From positions 1-64,000 of the IMG/VR virus record IMGVR_UViG_3300010340_000989: a stretch of DNA of 64,000 bases. The stretch is one strand, 5' to 3'. Within the stretch, counting starts at the first letter, position 1, and every line of letters starts with the position of its first letter. The stretch comes from a virus. Its lineage: Duplodnaviria; Caudoviricetes. The notes under the pieces are model-generated. The model had not been told where the DNA came from, ran no database searches, and saw only the letters and a program-made list of their open reading frames with translations. Shown piece by piece: positions 1 to 8,015 of the stretch. The position numbers and the translations under genes were made by a program.

Positions 1-275
1 TATTTAAAAATTTGATCTATTTTTTCATCTCTTAGCTTACTAATATCAATAAAGTGCTTATTAAAATCCTTTTCTTTTATTGGTGCCCAATAAGATTCTC
101 TATCACTTTCAATATAGTATTGAACACCTACATCACGTTCATAGTCTTCTGGAATTCTTATCTTATAATATTTTCCCTTTGACCATTTAATCCACTCTTC
201 TCCAAATTTTTTTCCATTTATTGAATAAGTATTTAAATTCTTTTCAAAGAATGTTCTTTTGCAATAAACCTTCAC
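1..275 (-). CDS. small hypothetical protein with C-terminal RDxKI tag (stop runs off window edge)
   Basis: Not in ORF track; hand translation from GTG275: MKVYCKRTFF...KGKYYKI...FIDISKLRDEKIDQIFK. Confidence 0.75.
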   Translation of the reverse strand, partial: MKVYCKRTFFEKNLNTYSINGKKFGEEWIKWSKGKYYKIRIPEDYERDVGVQYYIESDRESYWAPIKEKDFNKHFIDISKLRDEKIDQIFK

Positions 276-291
276 ACATAGTAATCATTTT

Positions 292-585
292 TTATTGACC
301 AATCACTTCGTCAATTCTCTTTTCTCTTATTCTTGGTAAATAAGTAATTGCTAATTTACACGCCATTCCGAATGTATTACCACTGTGACCCTCATCTAAA
401 CCAGGAACTAATTTTTTTTGTTCGTCCCATTCCATTTTGTAGAATTCCATAATTTTTTCTTTTATTCTTAAAGATTCCGCAATTAAAATTCCTTGCTCAC
501 AACAAAAATTATTGTAAGATAATCCCATTCCCTCATTTAAATCACCAACCAATGATTCAAAAAATTCTTTATCTTCTTGTGTCAT
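292..585 (-). CDS. hypothetical protein (GHSGNTFG motif) with C-terminal tag
   Basis: ORF track; ends REKRIDEVIGQ; ATGA overlap with coaE. Confidence 0.75.
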   Translation of the reverse strand: MTQEDKEFFESLVGDLNEGMGLSYNNFCCEQGILIAESLRIKEKIMEFYKMEWDEQKKLVPGLDEGHSGNTFGMACKLAITYLPRIREKRIDEVIGQ

Positions 586-1160
586 ATTAATTCATTTATT
601 TTTTTAACTTGTTCAAATACATTTTCGGTATAATCATTATTGATTACCCATTTAGAATTATCAATTTTAAATTGATCCGGAAGTTGAGTCTTCATTCTTC
701 TGTTATATTCATCAGAAGTTATTTTATCCCGATTCATTGCCATTTGTTTTCTTTTTTTTGGATCTGCATTGACAAAAATAACTTCATCAAATTGATCTTG
801 TAAATTATATTCATAAACAAGAGCACTCTCTATTAAAACATACCTTTTATTCTTAAATTGATCATAAAACTTATCCAACTCTTCTTTAAGATATGGTTTG
901 ATTATCTCTGATATATCTTTTAAATTCTTACCACTATCATCATAGAACAACTTTCTAACCATATATTCCTTATTCATAACATTACCGGTATATGAGTCTG
1001 GAAATCTCTTTTTAATCTTTTTAATAAGACTTTCATTAGTCATTTGAAGTTGTTTAACAACTTGATCCATAATCAAAACAGGAACACCTAAAGTAGCAAA
1101 TTTCATTGAGATAAAGCTTTTACCCGATCCCATTGATCCAGTTATAACTACACGTTTCAT
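582..1160 (-). CDS. coaE: dephospho-CoA kinase
   Basis: ITGSMGSGKS P-loop, following D, ESALVYE, RRMKTQ, VINND: CoaE pattern. Confidence 0.85.
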   Translation of the reverse strand: MKRVVITGSMGSGKSFISMKFATLGVPVLIMDQVVKQLQMTNESLIKKIKKRFPDSYTGNVMNKEYMVRKLFYDDSGKNLKDISEIIKPYLKEELDKFYDQFKNKRYVLIESALVYEYNLQDQFDEVIFVNADPKKRKQMAMNRDKITSDEYNRRMKTQLPDQFKIDNSKWVINNDYTENVFEQVKKINELI

Positions 1161-1192
1161 ACTAATTTATTCTTTATATTGTCTTATTTTAT

Positions 1193-1218
1193 TTATATAG
1201 AATTTTTATTACAAGTTT
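1193..1218 (-). promoter_or_regulatory. putative middle-type promoter AAACTT-N13-TATATAA
   Basis: Same bipartite motif upstream of several minus-strand operons. Confidence 0.45.
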
Positions 1219-1240
1219 TTGTTGGGAAAGTAATTAATAC

Positions 1241-1249
1241 TAATATATA
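1241..1249 (+). promoter_or_regulatory. putative late promoter TAATATATA
   Basis: Recurrent motif just upstream of structural, endonuclease and leader-bearing genes. Confidence 0.55.
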
Positions 1250-1276
1250 AATAAAAAGATTATAGACAGACATACT

Positions 1277-2206
1277 ATGAAGATTTATTTTATATATATT
1301 ATTAAAAACACCTTAAATGGTAAATATTACATAGGTAAGCACGAAACTACTAAAATCGATGATGGATATTTTGGATCTGGTAAGGTATTAAAAATTGCTA
1401 TAAAAAAATATGGTAAAGATAAATTCATAAGAGAAATTATTGAATTTTGTGATAATAGTGAAATTTTATGCGAACGTGAAATTTTTTGGATATCTAAGTT
1501 AAATTCTTTTTGTCCAAATGGATATAATATAAATGTTGGTGGAAGAGGTGGTGATAATTACACAAATAATCCCAATAAAGAAATAATTAGAGAAAAATTT
1601 AAAAATAAATCAACTAGGAAATATACAAATGAGGAAAGAATTAGATGTAGTATTAGAATGAAAGGAAAGAAATTGAAACCACATTTAAAATTGAAATGTG
1701 AATATTGTGAATCTGAAATAAGCAAAGCAAATTATAATAGATGGCACGGTGATAATTGTAAATTATCACCGAATTATGTTATTAAAAAACGTGTTGAAAT
1801 TTGTTGTGATTATTGTGGTAAATTCAACTTACCACAAATAAATGCTCAGTATCATGGAGATTATTGTAAGAAAAATCCAAATAGAATAATTAAAGATTAT
1901 TCATATAAGGCGAATAGCTTAGAATCGATAAAGAAATCATGGGAAAAAAGACGTGAAAAAGGAAGTGATAAACAATCAGAAGAGTCTAATATAAAAAGAA
2001 GTCAAAAACTAAAAGGTAGAACATTTGATGATGATACTCTTTTAAAAATGTCAATATCTAATAAAGTTAGATGGGAAAACATTAAATCAAATCCAATATA
2101 TTTTATATGTGAATTTTGTGGTAAAAAAACAACAATTAAAACAAACTATCTAAGATGGCACGGTGTTAAATGTAAAAAATACTTAGAAAAGGAAGATATT
2201 AGTTAG
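1277..2206 (+). CDS. GIY-YIG homing endonuclease with repeated CxxC...HG..CK modules
   Basis: FIYIIKN..NGKYYIGKH, YFGSG, ERE.FWI, GYN; three C.[YF]C...[WY]HG..CK repeats; antisense insertion between coaE and adk. Confidence 0.85.
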   Translation: MKIYFIYIIKNTLNGKYYIGKHETTKIDDGYFGSGKVLKIAIKKYGKDKFIREIIEFCDNSEILCEREIFWISKLNSFCPNGYNINVGGRGGDNYTNNPNKEIIREKFKNKSTRKYTNEERIRCSIRMKGKKLKPHLKLKCEYCESEISKANYNRWHGDNCKLSPNYVIKKRVEICCDYCGKFNLPQINAQYHGDYCKKNPNRIIKDYSYKANSLESIKKSWEKRREKGSDKQSEESNIKRSQKLKGRTFDDDTLLKMSISNKVRWENIKSNPIYFICEFCGKKTTIKTNYLRWHGVKCKKYLEKEDIS

Positions 2207-2763
2207 TTCCACAATTTTATAATGTTTTCAACTCGGTTAAATACTTCCTTGATAGATTTTTCACCATCAATAGTTGCTAAAATCTTCTTAGCAGAATAAA
2301 AATCTATCAGTGGTTTAGTTTCAATTTTATATTGTAAAATTCTTCGATTTATAGTATCGACATTTTGATCATCTTCACGACCAGATGTTTTACCACGTTC
2401 AAGTATTCTCTCCCTAATAGTATTATCAGATACTTCAAGATATATAACCAGTCCAACATCAGAAATTGTATCAAGAAACTCACCTTGTGGTACAGTTCTT
2501 GGAAATCCATCTAAAATGAATTGACCTTCAAAGTTCTTCAATCTATTCTCTACAATTTGATTGACAATTTCATCTGGTACAAGATTACCTTTGCCTAAGA
2601 TGTCATTAATCTTTTTACCAATCTCACTTCCAGACTTCTTTTCTTCTCGAAGTATATCACCTGTTGATATTAAAGTATATCCATACTTTTCAGCCAATTG
2701 TTTTCCAAGTGTTCCTTTTCCTGAACCAGGTGCTCCAAGTAAGATAATGTTTCCGTTATACAT
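2203..2763 (-). CDS. adk: adenylate kinase (short LID type)
   Basis: GAPGSGKGT, ISTGDILR, G.LVPD, LDGFPRT, R.DD. Confidence 0.93.
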   Translation of the reverse strand: MYNGNIILLGAPGSGKGTLGKQLAEKYGYTLISTGDILREEKKSGSEIGKKINDILGKGNLVPDEIVNQIVENRLKNFEGQFILDGFPRTVPQGEFLDTISDVGLVIYLEVSDNTIRERILERGKTSGREDDQNVDTINRRILQYKIETKPLIDFYSAKKILATIDGEKSIKEVFNRVENIIKLWN

Positions 2764-2772
2764 AGTTTTATT

Positions 2773-3030
2773 TTATTTTGTTTCAAATTCTTCAAATGAT
2801 AATAGATTCAATGTAAGTCCTCTACTATCGGCGAAGAATAGTATCTTATCTTTGTAAATATTTAAAATATTTATTTTTGTAATTGTTGAACTTTTAGGTG
2901 TTAAGAGTTCTTTAATAGAACCAGTCTCATAGAACTGAATGAGATCTGACATACATCTACCACCAGAACCAATTGCAATTCTATCATATTCATCTATGAG
3001 ATATTTACTATATTTTCTCAGTGTGTTCAT
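2773..3030 (-). CDS. hypothetical protein
   Basis: ORF in tightly packed operon. Confidence 0.6.
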   Translation of the reverse strand: MNTLRKYSKYLIDEYDRIAIGSGGRCMSDLIQFYETGSIKELLTPKSSTITKINILNIYKDKILFFADSRGLTLNLLSFEEFETK

Positions 3031-3308
3031 ATTTTAATTTTTTTCAAATCTTCTTTGATCTCCTCAAAAGTTTTAATTTCTGAAATGTTGTAGATTATAA
3101 AAGCATTAACCTTAGAGAGATCAATTTCTCTGATAGCTTCTCTGATAAGTCTTTTAACTCGATTTCGATCTACTGCTCTTTTGAAGATTTTGATTGGAGC
3201 AGAGATTATAACCTCACCAGTTCCAGGCACAGACACAACTTTAAGAATCTTACCATAAGACTTCTTACCAGTTTTAAAGAGTTTGTCTATTTCTGCCTTA
3301 TTCATCAT
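3027..3308 (-). CDS. rnpA: RNase P protein subunit-like
   Basis: EI..LF..GK N-terminus and RNR motif FKRAVDRNRVKRLIREAIR. Confidence 0.8.
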   Translation of the reverse strand: MMNKAEIDKLFKTGKKSYGKILKVVSVPGTGEVIISAPIKIFKRAVDRNRVKRLIREAIREIDLSKVNAFIIYNISEIKTFEEIKEDLKKIKI

Positions 3309-3312
3309 AATA

Positions 3313-3320
3313 CAAATATA
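3313..3320 (-). promoter_or_regulatory. Bacteroidota-type -7 element TATATTTG
   Basis: Matches TAnnTTTG, directly upstream of rnpA. Confidence 0.55.
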
Positions 3321-3539
3321 CTAATTTTTTTTCAATAGTTCACCAATTTTCCTATCTCTGTGAAGTTGATATAATCTATCAAAGAATTCTTGATCGAGTT
3401 CAGTGGTTGTGTATCTTTGACCATCTGTTCCTTCATAATAATAATGCTCAAGACTATATTTATATCCTTTAAAATTAATATCAATTATCTCACTTTTAAG
3501 TGGCAAATTATAATGCGCCATCATTTTAATATCTGTCAT
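3321..3539 (-). CDS. hypothetical protein with C-terminal tag
   Basis: Ends RDRKIGELLKKN. Confidence 0.7.
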   Translation of the reverse strand: MTDIKMMAHYNLPLKSEIIDINFKGYKYSLEHYYYEGTDGQRYTTTELDQEFFDRLYQLHRDRKIGELLKKN

Positions 3540-3826
3540 AAAAGTTTACTTAAATTATATTCTCTAAGTCTGTCTCTGACTTTAGGATCTTTAACAGCCT
3601 CTCTAATTCCATCTCTAATTTCTTTAGACATAGACTTTTTGATATGCTTATAGATTTGGAATTGATGTTGTGGATACTTTGGTTTGTAAGTAGAAATAAA
3701 CATTTCATCAGTTCCTTCAAAGAAGTCTACAAAATTAATTTTCCAACCATCTCGCATACGACCTAATTTCCTTGACATATCACAGGAAAATACCATATTA
3801 CCGTATCTAGCCACTACCATAATCAT
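3536..3826 (-). CDS. hypothetical protein with C-terminal tag
   Basis: Ends REYNLSKLL. Confidence 0.7.
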   Translation of the reverse strand: MIMVVARYGNMVFSCDMSRKLGRMRDGWKINFVDFFEGTDEMFISTYKPKYPQHQFQIYKHIKKSMSKEIRDGIREAVKDPKVRDRLREYNLSKLL

Positions 3827-3874
3827 GATATTACTTCAAATTTTATAAGTTTAAATGCAAATATATAAATAAGA

Positions 3875-4471
3875 ATGAGATATTTAAAACTATTTGAAGA
3901 ATTTGAAGGTGAACATATTTCCTCACATCTAAGAGGTCGTGGTATAGATCCTACTAAAACAAGACTGATAATTGACGAAGAAACAGAAGATACTTACTTC
4001 TTCTTGTATAATCTATCTGGTCAAATGGTTGGATATCAAAAGTACAATCCAAATTATCAAAAAACTGGTCAAAGTAATTTAGATAATCCAAGAATGGCTA
4101 AGTACTTTACGTGGGTATCCGACGAAGACAAAGGTAAGAAGATTGCAGTATGGGGATTAGAATCAACAGAATTTACAGATAAATATCTTTTTGTAACTGA
4201 GGGTATATTTGACGCAGCGAGAATACAAGAAGCTGGTCACCCAGCAATTGCAGTTCTTTGTAATGATCCAAGTGATTCTTTAAAATCTTGGATTTCAACA
4301 CTACCTCAAAAGAAAATTGTTATCTATGATAACGATAAAGCAGGTAGAAAATTAAAAAAAGTTGGTGATTTTTCTTATACGGTACCAAGTGGAAAAGACG
4401 CCAACGATTTATCACCAGAAGAAGCTAAAGTCTTCTTAGAAAATTGTTTAATTAATTCTGGATTAAGGTAA
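3875..4471 (+). CDS. Toprim-domain (primase-like) protein with capsid-targeting-like leader
   Basis: VTEGIFDA, YDNDKAG, KDAND Toprim motifs; N-term MRYLKLFEEFE; AAATATATA at 3859-3867. Confidence 0.75.
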   Translation: MRYLKLFEEFEGEHISSHLRGRGIDPTKTRLIIDEETEDTYFFLYNLSGQMVGYQKYNPNYQKTGQSNLDNPRMAKYFTWVSDEDKGKKIAVWGLESTEFTDKYLFVTEGIFDAARIQEAGHPAIAVLCNDPSDSLKSWISTLPQKKIVIYDNDKAGRKLKKVGDFSYTVPSGKDANDLSPEEAKVFLENCLINSGLR

Positions 4472-4712
4472 TTTTTAAATCTCTAAGATTTTCTTTACTG
4501 AGAATATTAAAGTTAATGACTTTAAATAAAAATTCTATTTGTTCATTTGATAAGTATTCAATATCTTTTATTACTCGGATATAATCTGATGTTATTTCTT
4601 TTAAAACTAATAATTCATTTCTTCTAACATCAACTGCAAATTCGTATAATTGTCTTTCAATTGCCCAACTTTTCAAAGATTGAACTGCATTTATTTTATC
4701 CTGACTAGTCAT
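4452..4712 (-). CDS. UVR/ClpC M-domain-like small protein with C-terminal tag
   Basis: AIERQLYEFAVDVRRNE; ends RDLKITLIQN. Confidence 0.6.
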   Translation of the reverse strand: MTSQDKINAVQSLKSWAIERQLYEFAVDVRRNELLVLKEITSDYIRVIKDIEYLSNEQIEFLFKVINFNILSKENLRDLKITLIQN

Positions 4713-5040
4713 TTTCTCCTAATATTTTAGATATTATCTCTTGTCTTATCACAGATATCATTATAACATCGTGTAATTGTTTTAAATTATTTTTTAACTC
4801 CTCATTAATTTTATCTGTTGAGTATTTATTAATAAGTCTTTCAATACGATCATAATATTGAAGTGAGTCAAGTGAATTAACTCTTATCCAATCAATTTCT
4901 GCTTTGTTAAAAGGATTTATAAATAAATCTTTTTCAATATCTCTAACTAATGCACCAAACTCATAGTATTGATTAGTAACCGCAATTCTTTTAATATTTT
5001 TAAGACAAATTTCAAATGATTTATGTTCTCTCGGTGTCAT
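4705..5040 (-). CDS. UVR/ClpC M-domain-like small protein with C-terminal tag
   Basis: AVTNQYYEFGALVRDIEK; ends RQEIISKIL. Confidence 0.65.
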   Translation of the reverse strand: MTPREHKSFEICLKNIKRIAVTNQYYEFGALVRDIEKDLFINPFNKAEIDWIRVNSLDSLQYYDRIERLINKYSTDKINEELKNNLKQLHDVIMISVIRQEIISKILGEND

Positions 5041-5311
5041 TTTCTAAAATTTTATTTATAATATCTTCTCTAATCTTTTGTCTAAAACTGTTTAATAAGT
5101 TCAATAAATCTGAAGATATTGTGGTAGTATTAATCACATCATTAATCCAATTGTAATATTTATTAATACTTAAAGTCTCCTTTTCACTATTTATTAGAGT
5201 TTTTTCAATATTTCTTAAGATAGCGGCGACTTCATAACTTTGACTTCGCACTACTAAAATTTTAACTTTTACTATAAATTCTTTAATTAATTCATATTCA
5301 TCTTGTGTCAT
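5021..5311 (-). CDS. UVR/ClpC M-domain-like small protein with C-terminal tag
   Basis: VVRSQSYEVAAILRNIEK; ends REDIINKIL. Confidence 0.65.
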   Translation of the reverse strand: MTQDEYELIKEFIVKVKILVVRSQSYEVAAILRNIEKTLINSEKETLSINKYYNWINDVINTTTISSDLLNLLNSFRQKIREDIINKILENDTERT

Positions 5312-5453
5312 TGATATTTTTTAATATTTTTTCGATTTTTGAAATCTTTGTATGTTTTATCGTAAAGTACATAGTAATAGTACTTGGATAAAGAGATGAA
5401 AAATCCATATTAACGATTCTACTTTGTTCTACGTTGAGTTTGATATTATCCAT
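5298..5453 (-). CDS. 51-aa protein carrying an isolated PolB motif A
   Basis: Likely start ATG5453 (track start 5516 lies deep in upstream gene); VNMDFSSLYPSTI. Confidence 0.6.
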   Translation of the reverse strand: MDNIKLNVEQSRIVNMDFSSLYPSTITMYFTIKHTKISKIEKILKNINDTR

Positions 5454-6174
5454 TAAATTCTTTATTAAATATATCAAAATTATTACCAACAGAATTATGA
5501 TCATTAATAATTGCAAAAACTATATTATCAAAATCAACAGAATATCCTTCACCAATTAATACTTCACTAAAATATTGTGCCATTGTTTTGGGATCATTTT
5601 TAAAAACTCCACATCCCCAAGCACCAAGTATTAGATTCTTAACTCCATTTTGAGCTGCTAATGAAACCATTAATCTTATTTTATTTTTAGTTACATTTCT
5701 ATAATCTTTTATATTTTGTACTGGATCATATTTAGCATTCTCATTTAAATTGATAGCAGATATTGTCACCACATCACAAGTAATTGGTTCCATATATTCA
5801 TAGTTATTATCTTTGAAGAAGATAGCATCTTTTGTATATAGTGATTCATTTTCTTCTAATGGATAAAAACTATTAGGAACAACATGAATTAGATTAGAAC
5901 ATCTAAATAAACATTCTTCTTGTGCTCTGGCTCCATTATAAACACCACCACCTGGTCTTTTATATGATGCCATATTTAATACACAGGTCTTACCTAATTT
6001 AGAATATTCAACAACTGCGGAAACACTATCAGTATTTATGATATTGACAATATCTTTAAACATTGTTAATCTTGGCGGATTTCTTTCATCAAAAGTATGT
6101 TTTGATGTTATTGAATCTCTTAGATTCTTACTATTTTCTAATGTATCTTGAAATACATTTACTAAATTTTTCAT
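5446..6174 (-). CDS. bacterial-type PARG macrodomain (TIGR02452/DUF2263-like)
   Basis: LNMAS..PGGG...GARAQEE.LFRCS, LILGAWGCGVF.N. Confidence 0.88.
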   Translation of the reverse strand: MKNLVNVFQDTLENSKNLRDSITSKHTFDERNPPRLTMFKDIVNIINTDSVSAVVEYSKLGKTCVLNMASYKRPGGGVYNGARAQEECLFRCSNLIHVVPNSFYPLEENESLYTKDAIFFKDNNYEYMEPITCDVVTISAINLNENAKYDPVQNIKDYRNVTKNKIRLMVSLAAQNGVKNLILGAWGCGVFKNDPKTMAQYFSEVLIGEGYSVDFDNIVFAIINDHNSVGNNFDIFNKEFNG

Positions 6175-6494
6175 ATTCCTAATTCATTTAATTTACGATT
6201 TCTATCAATTGATAATTTCTTTCTAGTTAAAGTAATATTATCTATGCCTATACATTTATCATTATCATCTATGCCTATACATTTATCATTATCATTTGAA
6301 CATAATGAACACTTACATTTTTTATTTGTTTTTCCGTCTATTTTTTCCGAAGTTTTAAAGATAATTATTCCAGATTGAGTAAAACGATCTATTGTAAATT
6401 CTAAATCTGGAAAATAACACATTTTAATACCTGGGCATTTTTTAATCATTTCTTTCCAATTAATAATAAATTTATCTCCTATCTCTGGTATCAT
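6171..6494 (-). CDS. Cys-containing hypothetical protein with C-terminal tag
   Basis: CKCSLC; ends RNRKLNELGI. Confidence 0.7.
   Translation of the reverse strand: MIPEIGDKFIINWKEMIKKCPGIKMCYFPDLEFTIDRFTQSGIIIFKTSEKIDGKTNKKCKCSLCSNDNDKCIGIDDNDKCIGIDNITLTRKKLSIDRNRKLNELGI
6241..6294. repeat. perfect 27-bp tandem duplication (in frame)
   Basis: tctatgcctatacatttatcattatca x2, encodes DNDKCIGID twice. Confidence 0.9.
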
Positions 6495-6736
6495 ATTCCC
6501 AATTTTTCTAAATTATAATCTCTGACTAATTGAATAAATTCATCTTGACTTATAGCTCTCATGCAATTATCCCAGATATTGATAGTCTCTTTTGTTCTAA
6601 AATTTATCCAAGTGCAATCTGTTCCAAAATTTCGAATATATCTATCGGTGTGAAGAAATTCAAATTCAAAAACATCATCACCATTATACCAATTTTGTAA
6701 AGAATATTCTTGTTTCATCTTATACAATTTTTTCAT
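6491..6736 (-). CDS. hypothetical protein with C-terminal tag
   Basis: Ends RDYNLEKLGI. Confidence 0.72.
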   Translation of the reverse strand: MKKLYKMKQEYSLQNWYNGDDVFEFEFLHTDRYIRNFGTDCTWINFRTKETINIWDNCMRAISQDEFIQLVRDYNLEKLGI

Positions 6737-6987
6737 ATTCCTAATTTATTTAGAATTTTTTCTCTATTCCATTGATTATAGAAATCAATAACATATTCTA
6801 ATCCAAAAATGTGATCAATTTTGCGTTTTTCAATTTCTAATTTTAGTTCTTCCCATATTAAGTCTCTAGTACCAAATTTTATACCAACATCTGACCAATT
6901 TCCAGGTTTATTCCAATCATACCAGTTTTTATGGGTTAGGTAATAATGTTCATTTAAATCTTTAGTTATTTCTAAAAAATATTTCAT
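6733..6987 (-). CDS. hypothetical protein with C-terminal tag
   Basis: Ends REKILNKLGI. Confidence 0.72.
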   Translation of the reverse strand: MKYFLEITKDLNEHYYLTHKNWYDWNKPGNWSDVGIKFGTRDLIWEELKLEIEKRKIDHIFGLEYVIDFYNQWNREKILNKLGI

Positions 6988-7172
6988 ATTCCTAAATCAT
7001 TTATTTTAATGTCTCTTATTGTAGATTTACCTGGTACTACTTCAAATTCTTTCTCACTAATACCACACCCATCATTATTACCTAATCTGCAATTTTCACA
7101 GTCCATATCTGGATCCTCATGAACACACAATACTCTCTCATATAAAGGATCAAACATTACATATACTTTCAT
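6984..7172 (-). CDS. small Cys-rich protein with C-terminal tag
   Basis: CENC; ends RDIKINDLGI. Confidence 0.7.
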   Translation of the reverse strand: MKVYVMFDPLYERVLCVHEDPDMDCENCRLGNNDGCGISEKEFEVVPGKSTIRDIKINDLGI

Positions 7173-7834
7173 ATGCCAAGTTTTTCTATTTTATCATCTC
7201 TAATAAAAGTTTTGATTAGATCAATTGCTCTTTGAGCATCTTTTCTATATCCTTTTACTTCAAAACTTTCCTTTTTAATCACGTATCTTTTTTTTTCTTC
7301 AATATAAATATAAGGAATTTCTTCAATATCATACGGAATATTAAATCCTAATAGATCTAACTCTCCACAATAAAAAATAATATCAGTATCAATATATAAT
7401 ATTTTATTTTTATTTATTTCTAAAAGATCATTATAATAAGCAGTTAAATATTGAGATAACATAGTGGTATAATCAACATCTCCAATTTTAGACATATATG
7501 AGAGAGTTCCATAGAATGAATTTATATATGTTTTATATTCTTTATAAACCTCCGAATCAGACTTTAATATTAATTTATTTTTATTAAAATAATCGAATTT
7601 TTTATTAAATTCAATCATTCCCATTCTCAATTTTTCACTTGCCATTTCATGATATCCAGAATCTATTAATCCACAGATTATATTTGGATATAATGATGTA
7701 AATGTAAGTTGTTTAACTTCTTTCAGCGGAATACCTTTTATAAAAGGATTTACCCAAATAAACCCAAACAACTGTACATTTTGGTAATAATCTGGTTTGC
7801 CTATGGCATTTTTATATTTATCTAAGAGCTTCAT
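7169..7834 (-). CDS. miniature family-B DNA polymerase palm-like protein (motif A Asp absent) with C-terminal tag
   Basis: TFTSLYPNII (A), KTYINSFYG (B), YIDTDIIF (C), KKRY; ends RDDKIEKLGI. Confidence 0.75.
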   Translation of the reverse strand: MKLLDKYKNAIGKPDYYQNVQLFGFIWVNPFIKGIPLKEVKQLTFTSLYPNIICGLIDSGYHEMASEKLRMGMIEFNKKFDYFNKNKLILKSDSEVYKEYKTYINSFYGTLSYMSKIGDVDYTTMLSQYLTAYYNDLLEINKNKILYIDTDIIFYCGELDLLGFNIPYDIEEIPYIYIEEKKRYVIKKESFEVKGYRKDAQRAIDLIKTFIRDDKIEKLGI

Positions 7835-8015
7835 CTATTTTTCTATTTCTAAAATCACTTAATAGTTCAAAATTATTTGAGGTAACATGCATTTTACCAA
7901 ACGTTGGGTGCCATATAACCAACCAATCGGGATTAAATGAATAAACTTCAAATATATCACCCTTCTTATAGGGTTGAGAATCTTCTATAGCTATTACTTT
8001 CAAATCAATTTTCAT
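7818..8015 (-). CDS. small beta-barrel-like protein with C-terminal tag
   Basis: YKKGDIFEV; ends RNRKIDEALR. Confidence 0.65.
   Translation of the reverse strand: MKIDLKVIAIEDSQPYKKGDIFEVYSFNPDWLVIWHPTFGKMHVTSNNFELLSDFRNRKIDEALR

Noticed and set aside
6171-7834. Integron attC-type cassette array
   Set aside because: No palindromic attC or intergenic spacers, and synonymous variation favours peptide-level conservation.
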